Source: an uncultured archaeon (GTDB taxonomy: Archaea; Thermoplasmatota; Poseidoniia; MGIII; CG-Epi1). From it: 62,971 nt of DNA. Within the stretch, counting starts at the first letter, position 1. The number at the start of each line of letters is the position of its first letter. Under the pieces are notes generated by a model. The model was not told the origin of the DNA, made no database searches, and saw nothing but the letters and a program-made list of their open reading frames with translations. The translations under genes were made by a program, and so were the position numbers. The DNA is taken from NCBI GenBank assembly GCA_964651915.1, contig CAZYZI010000001.1:1-62971 (forward strand), written 5' to 3'. Positions 61,059 to 62,971 of the stretch are shown in pieces.

Positions 61059-61454
61059 TTAGTCTGTTACCAAAACTCTGCCCATAGCAGAGAGGTAAAC
61101 AATTTCATTTCCAGGTTCCATATTTCCATGAAAATTATCTGGAATATCTGCCAATGGTACATTGAATGTATTGTAATCCTCTAAATCCATCATCTGGACT
61201 TCAGAACCTAAATTAGCTAAAATCTGCGCCTTACGGCGATCTACTTGAGGGACGTGGACCTTATGTTTTACAGGATGTACCAAGGATCTTTTTTGTCCAT
61301 CAAAAAGACCAATAGCAACCATACGAGCTTTAGCTTCACCGTGTTTTCCTGGTTTAGATGTCACATATTCAACCAATTTACATGGTTCATCGTCAATTAC
61401 GATATACCTGCCGACTTTCAGAGTTCTAATTTCTTGTATTGATGTTTGGCTCAT
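61059..61454 (-). CDS. Translation initiation factor 5A (aIF5A)
   Basis: TSKPGKHGEAKARMVAIGLFDG contains the hypusine-site loop (G-K-H-G). 131 aa. Confidence 0.92.
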   Translation of the reverse strand: MSQTSIQEIRTLKVGRYIVIDDEPCKLVEYVTSKPGKHGEAKARMVAIGLFDGQKRSLVHPVKHKVHVPQVDRRKAQILANLGSEVQMMDLEDYNTFNVPLADIPDNFHGNMEPGNEIVYLSAMGRVLVTD

Positions 61455-61458
61455 ACTA

Positions 61459-61641
61459 TCACCATTCTAATTCGCGCCATTTGTCATCTGACAAATACCC
61501 ATAAAGAGTATTTCTGCCTGAAATATTACGGCGCATTCTATTGAATAAATCCACGGCTATTTCTAATGATTCCTCGCCTGTGTCTTCATGCAAAGCTTCT
61601 AATTTTTCAATTAACTGTTCCACTGTAATCATGGGACTCAA
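61459..61641 (-). CDS. Small hypothetical protein
   Basis: 60-aa ORF overlapping the tbp stop by 4 nt and ending 4 nt before aIF5A. No motif recognised. Confidence 0.45.
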   Translation of the reverse strand: MSPMITVEQLIEKLEALHEDTGEESLEIAVDLFNRMRRNISGRNTLYGYLSDDKWRELEW

Positions 61642-62189
61642 GTTCTCATTAAGCCAGCGGTAGATAATTCTTCCTTTATGTTTCTGACTGCATTTTTTAT
61701 GTCATTTACTTCTCTTGCACCGACACAAACCATCTTTCCACTACCAAACAGAAGTAAAACAACCTTAGGATCGTCCATTCTGTAAACTAAACCAGGGAAA
61801 GCTTCAGGCTCATATTCGACATTTTCAAAACCAAGAGACATTGCAATTTGAATCAAATTCAAAGTTGATTCTAAATTCGTTGTTGCAACGATATTCTGAA
61901 TTACTATGTCTGGTTCATCCTTTACAGGCATATCCAAAACTCTAAGTTCATCTACAACTTTGTTAATTGCAACATGAACATCTGGAATTGAACGTGCGCC
62001 AGTACAAACTACTTTACCACTTCTAAATATCAAAACTGCAGTTTTTGGTTCTGCTAATTTGTAAATTAGTCCTGGAAATCTATCCTGATCATATTCTGCT
62101 CCTTCTAACTGAAAAGCGATATCTTGTAGCATCAATTCTTTACCAATTGATGCACTAGCTACAACATTTACGACTATTATTTCTGCCAT
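61638..62189 (-). CDS. tbp: TATA-box binding protein
   Basis: Two direct repeats, NVVASASIG...FPGLIYKL..PKTAVLIFRSGKVVCTGA and NIVATTNLE...FPGLVYRM..PKVVLLLFGSGKMVCVGA. GGAGG lies 7 nt upstream of the ATG. Confidence 0.95.
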   Translation of the reverse strand: MAEIIVVNVVASASIGKELMLQDIAFQLEGAEYDQDRFPGLIYKLAEPKTAVLIFRSGKVVCTGARSIPDVHVAINKVVDELRVLDMPVKDEPDIVIQNIVATTNLESTLNLIQIAMSLGFENVEYEPEAFPGLVYRMDDPKVVLLLFGSGKMVCVGAREVNDIKNAVRNIKEELSTAGLMRT

Positions 62190-62265
62190 GTAAAACTCCT
62201 CCGGGGAGAACTTAGTATATAAAGTGTCTATTTAAAGGTTTAAATACTGCGCCTCTAAAAAAGAA

Positions 62266-62739
62266 TTATTTTAATAAAGAAAGAATTTCTTCAGGATTAT
62301 CAGTTCCAAATACATAGCATATTCCACTTACTGTTTCAATTTCTATTCCTTTCTGAAGCCATACAAGATAGCCGCGTTTCCATTTGCCATCTTTTTTACC
62401 GATTCGCCACCCAAGTCCGCCGAATTCTCGTATTGGATGATATGGCGTCTCGTCAAATGATTTTATTTCACTTGGTTGAAGTTTCTTATTCCAAGCTGGA
62501 AAACCAAATTGTATTGTTTTATCATCAAAGATTTTAATAGAATAAAAAGCCATATTGTAAGTTGCAAAAATTCCAAAAAATAATCCAATTAAAGGTAAGA
62601 ATATGAGATACCCTATGAACTCACTCACAGTGTATACAAGAAAAAAAACTATACCAATAAAAAACAAAACAAACAACAATGCCCAAAATGTTACTTTTTT
62701 TTCCTCATAGATTACTGTTTGAGGATAATATGTTGTCAT
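62266..62739 (-). CDS. Membrane protein with two TM helices and a small C-terminal soluble (PH-like?) domain
   Basis: 157-aa ORF with hydrophobic helices at residues ~17-65. The C-terminal beta-rich segment has no catalytic motif. Confidence 0.55.
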   Translation of the reverse strand: MTTYYPQTVIYEEKKVTFWALLFVLFFIGIVFFLVYTVSEFIGYLIFLPLIGLFFGIFATYNMAFYSIKIFDDKTIQFGFPAWNKKLQPSEIKSFDETPYHPIREFGGLGWRIGKKDGKWKRGYLVWLQKGIEIETVSGICYVFGTDNPEEILSLLK

Positions 62740-62802
62740 AACTTTTGAATCTACTGGGCCATATTAACCTTTTTTATCATGGTTGTATCCCATTAAATTC
62801 CA

Positions 62803-62971
62803 ATGGAAAAATATGCGGCCTCTATAGAAGATGTTCGTTCTGCTGCTGAACGCATAAGAGGAGTCGGTCACAGAACTCCTGTACTAACTAGTAAAACTTT
62901 AGATCAATTAACTGGACGTAAACTTTTCTTCAAATGTGAGAACTTTCAGAAAGTTGGCGCATTCAAATTCA
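62803..62971 (+). CDS. PLP-dependent threonine dehydratase / serine racemase family protein, N-terminal fragment (runs off the window end)
   Basis: Own translation: MEKYAASIEDVRSAAERIRGVGHRTPVLTSKTLDQLTGRKLFFKCENFQKVGAFKF. It ends in the PLP-lysine motif (F-K-C-E-N-x-Q-x-x-G-A-F-K-F) of the family. Confidence 0.75.
   Translation, partial: MEKYAASIEDVRSAAERIRGVGHRTPVLTSKTLDQLTGRKLFFKCENFQKVGAFKF

Overview
Densely coding, AT-rich archaeal chromosomal window. The archaeal assignment rests on TBP, aIF5A, an archaeosortase, PGF-CTERM-type tails and a CCA-encoding tRNA-Leu. Gene content suggests an aerobic, heterotrophic marine planktonic euryarchaeon of the Marine Group II/III type; this is inference only. 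I found no CRISPR array, transposase, integrase or recognisable defence genes. Left to right the window contains: (1) a truncated DtxR-like repressor divergent from an FTR1 iron permease, with three palindromic operator-like boxes between them; (2) mutL and an RND/MMPL-type exporter; (3) a 1282-aa hyper-acidic surface protein with LDL-receptor-A-like motifs and a terminal plastocyanin-like domain, an M20 peptidase, and a secreted C-type-lectin/TSP3-repeat protein; (4) a complete aa3-type haem-copper oxidase cluster (ctaA, ctaB, coxB, coxA with an N-terminal extracytoplasmic fusion, coxC, subunit IV), converging on a copper-delivery and disulfide-bond module (DoxX-like, Sco-thioredoxin fusion, TlpA-like thioredoxin, VKOR); (5) pterin/folate genes (phhA, PCD, thyA, folA) interleaved with a PGF-tailed cyclophilin, a lipoprotein SNase-lamin-tail nuclease, an S15 peptidase and an MscS channel with a long Lys/Glu/Ala repeat tail; (6) two giant paralogous surface proteins (2203 and 2379 aa; CARDB, Asp-box sandwich modules, one embedded cupredoxin) that converge on an 11-kb core. 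That core holds an in-frame archaeosortase A-phosphatidylserine decarboxylase fusion next to a PssA-like synthase, further lipid head-group genes, purC/S/L, a permease and a rhomboid protease; (7) pdxT, a 2Fe-2S ferredoxin, tRNA-Leu(CAA), speB-aIF5A-tbp and a truncated threonine dehydratase-family gene. The most notable item is the ArtA-PssD fusion with adjacent pssA, surrounded by five proteins carrying a variant P-[GS]-x-[SG]-F C-terminal sorting tail.
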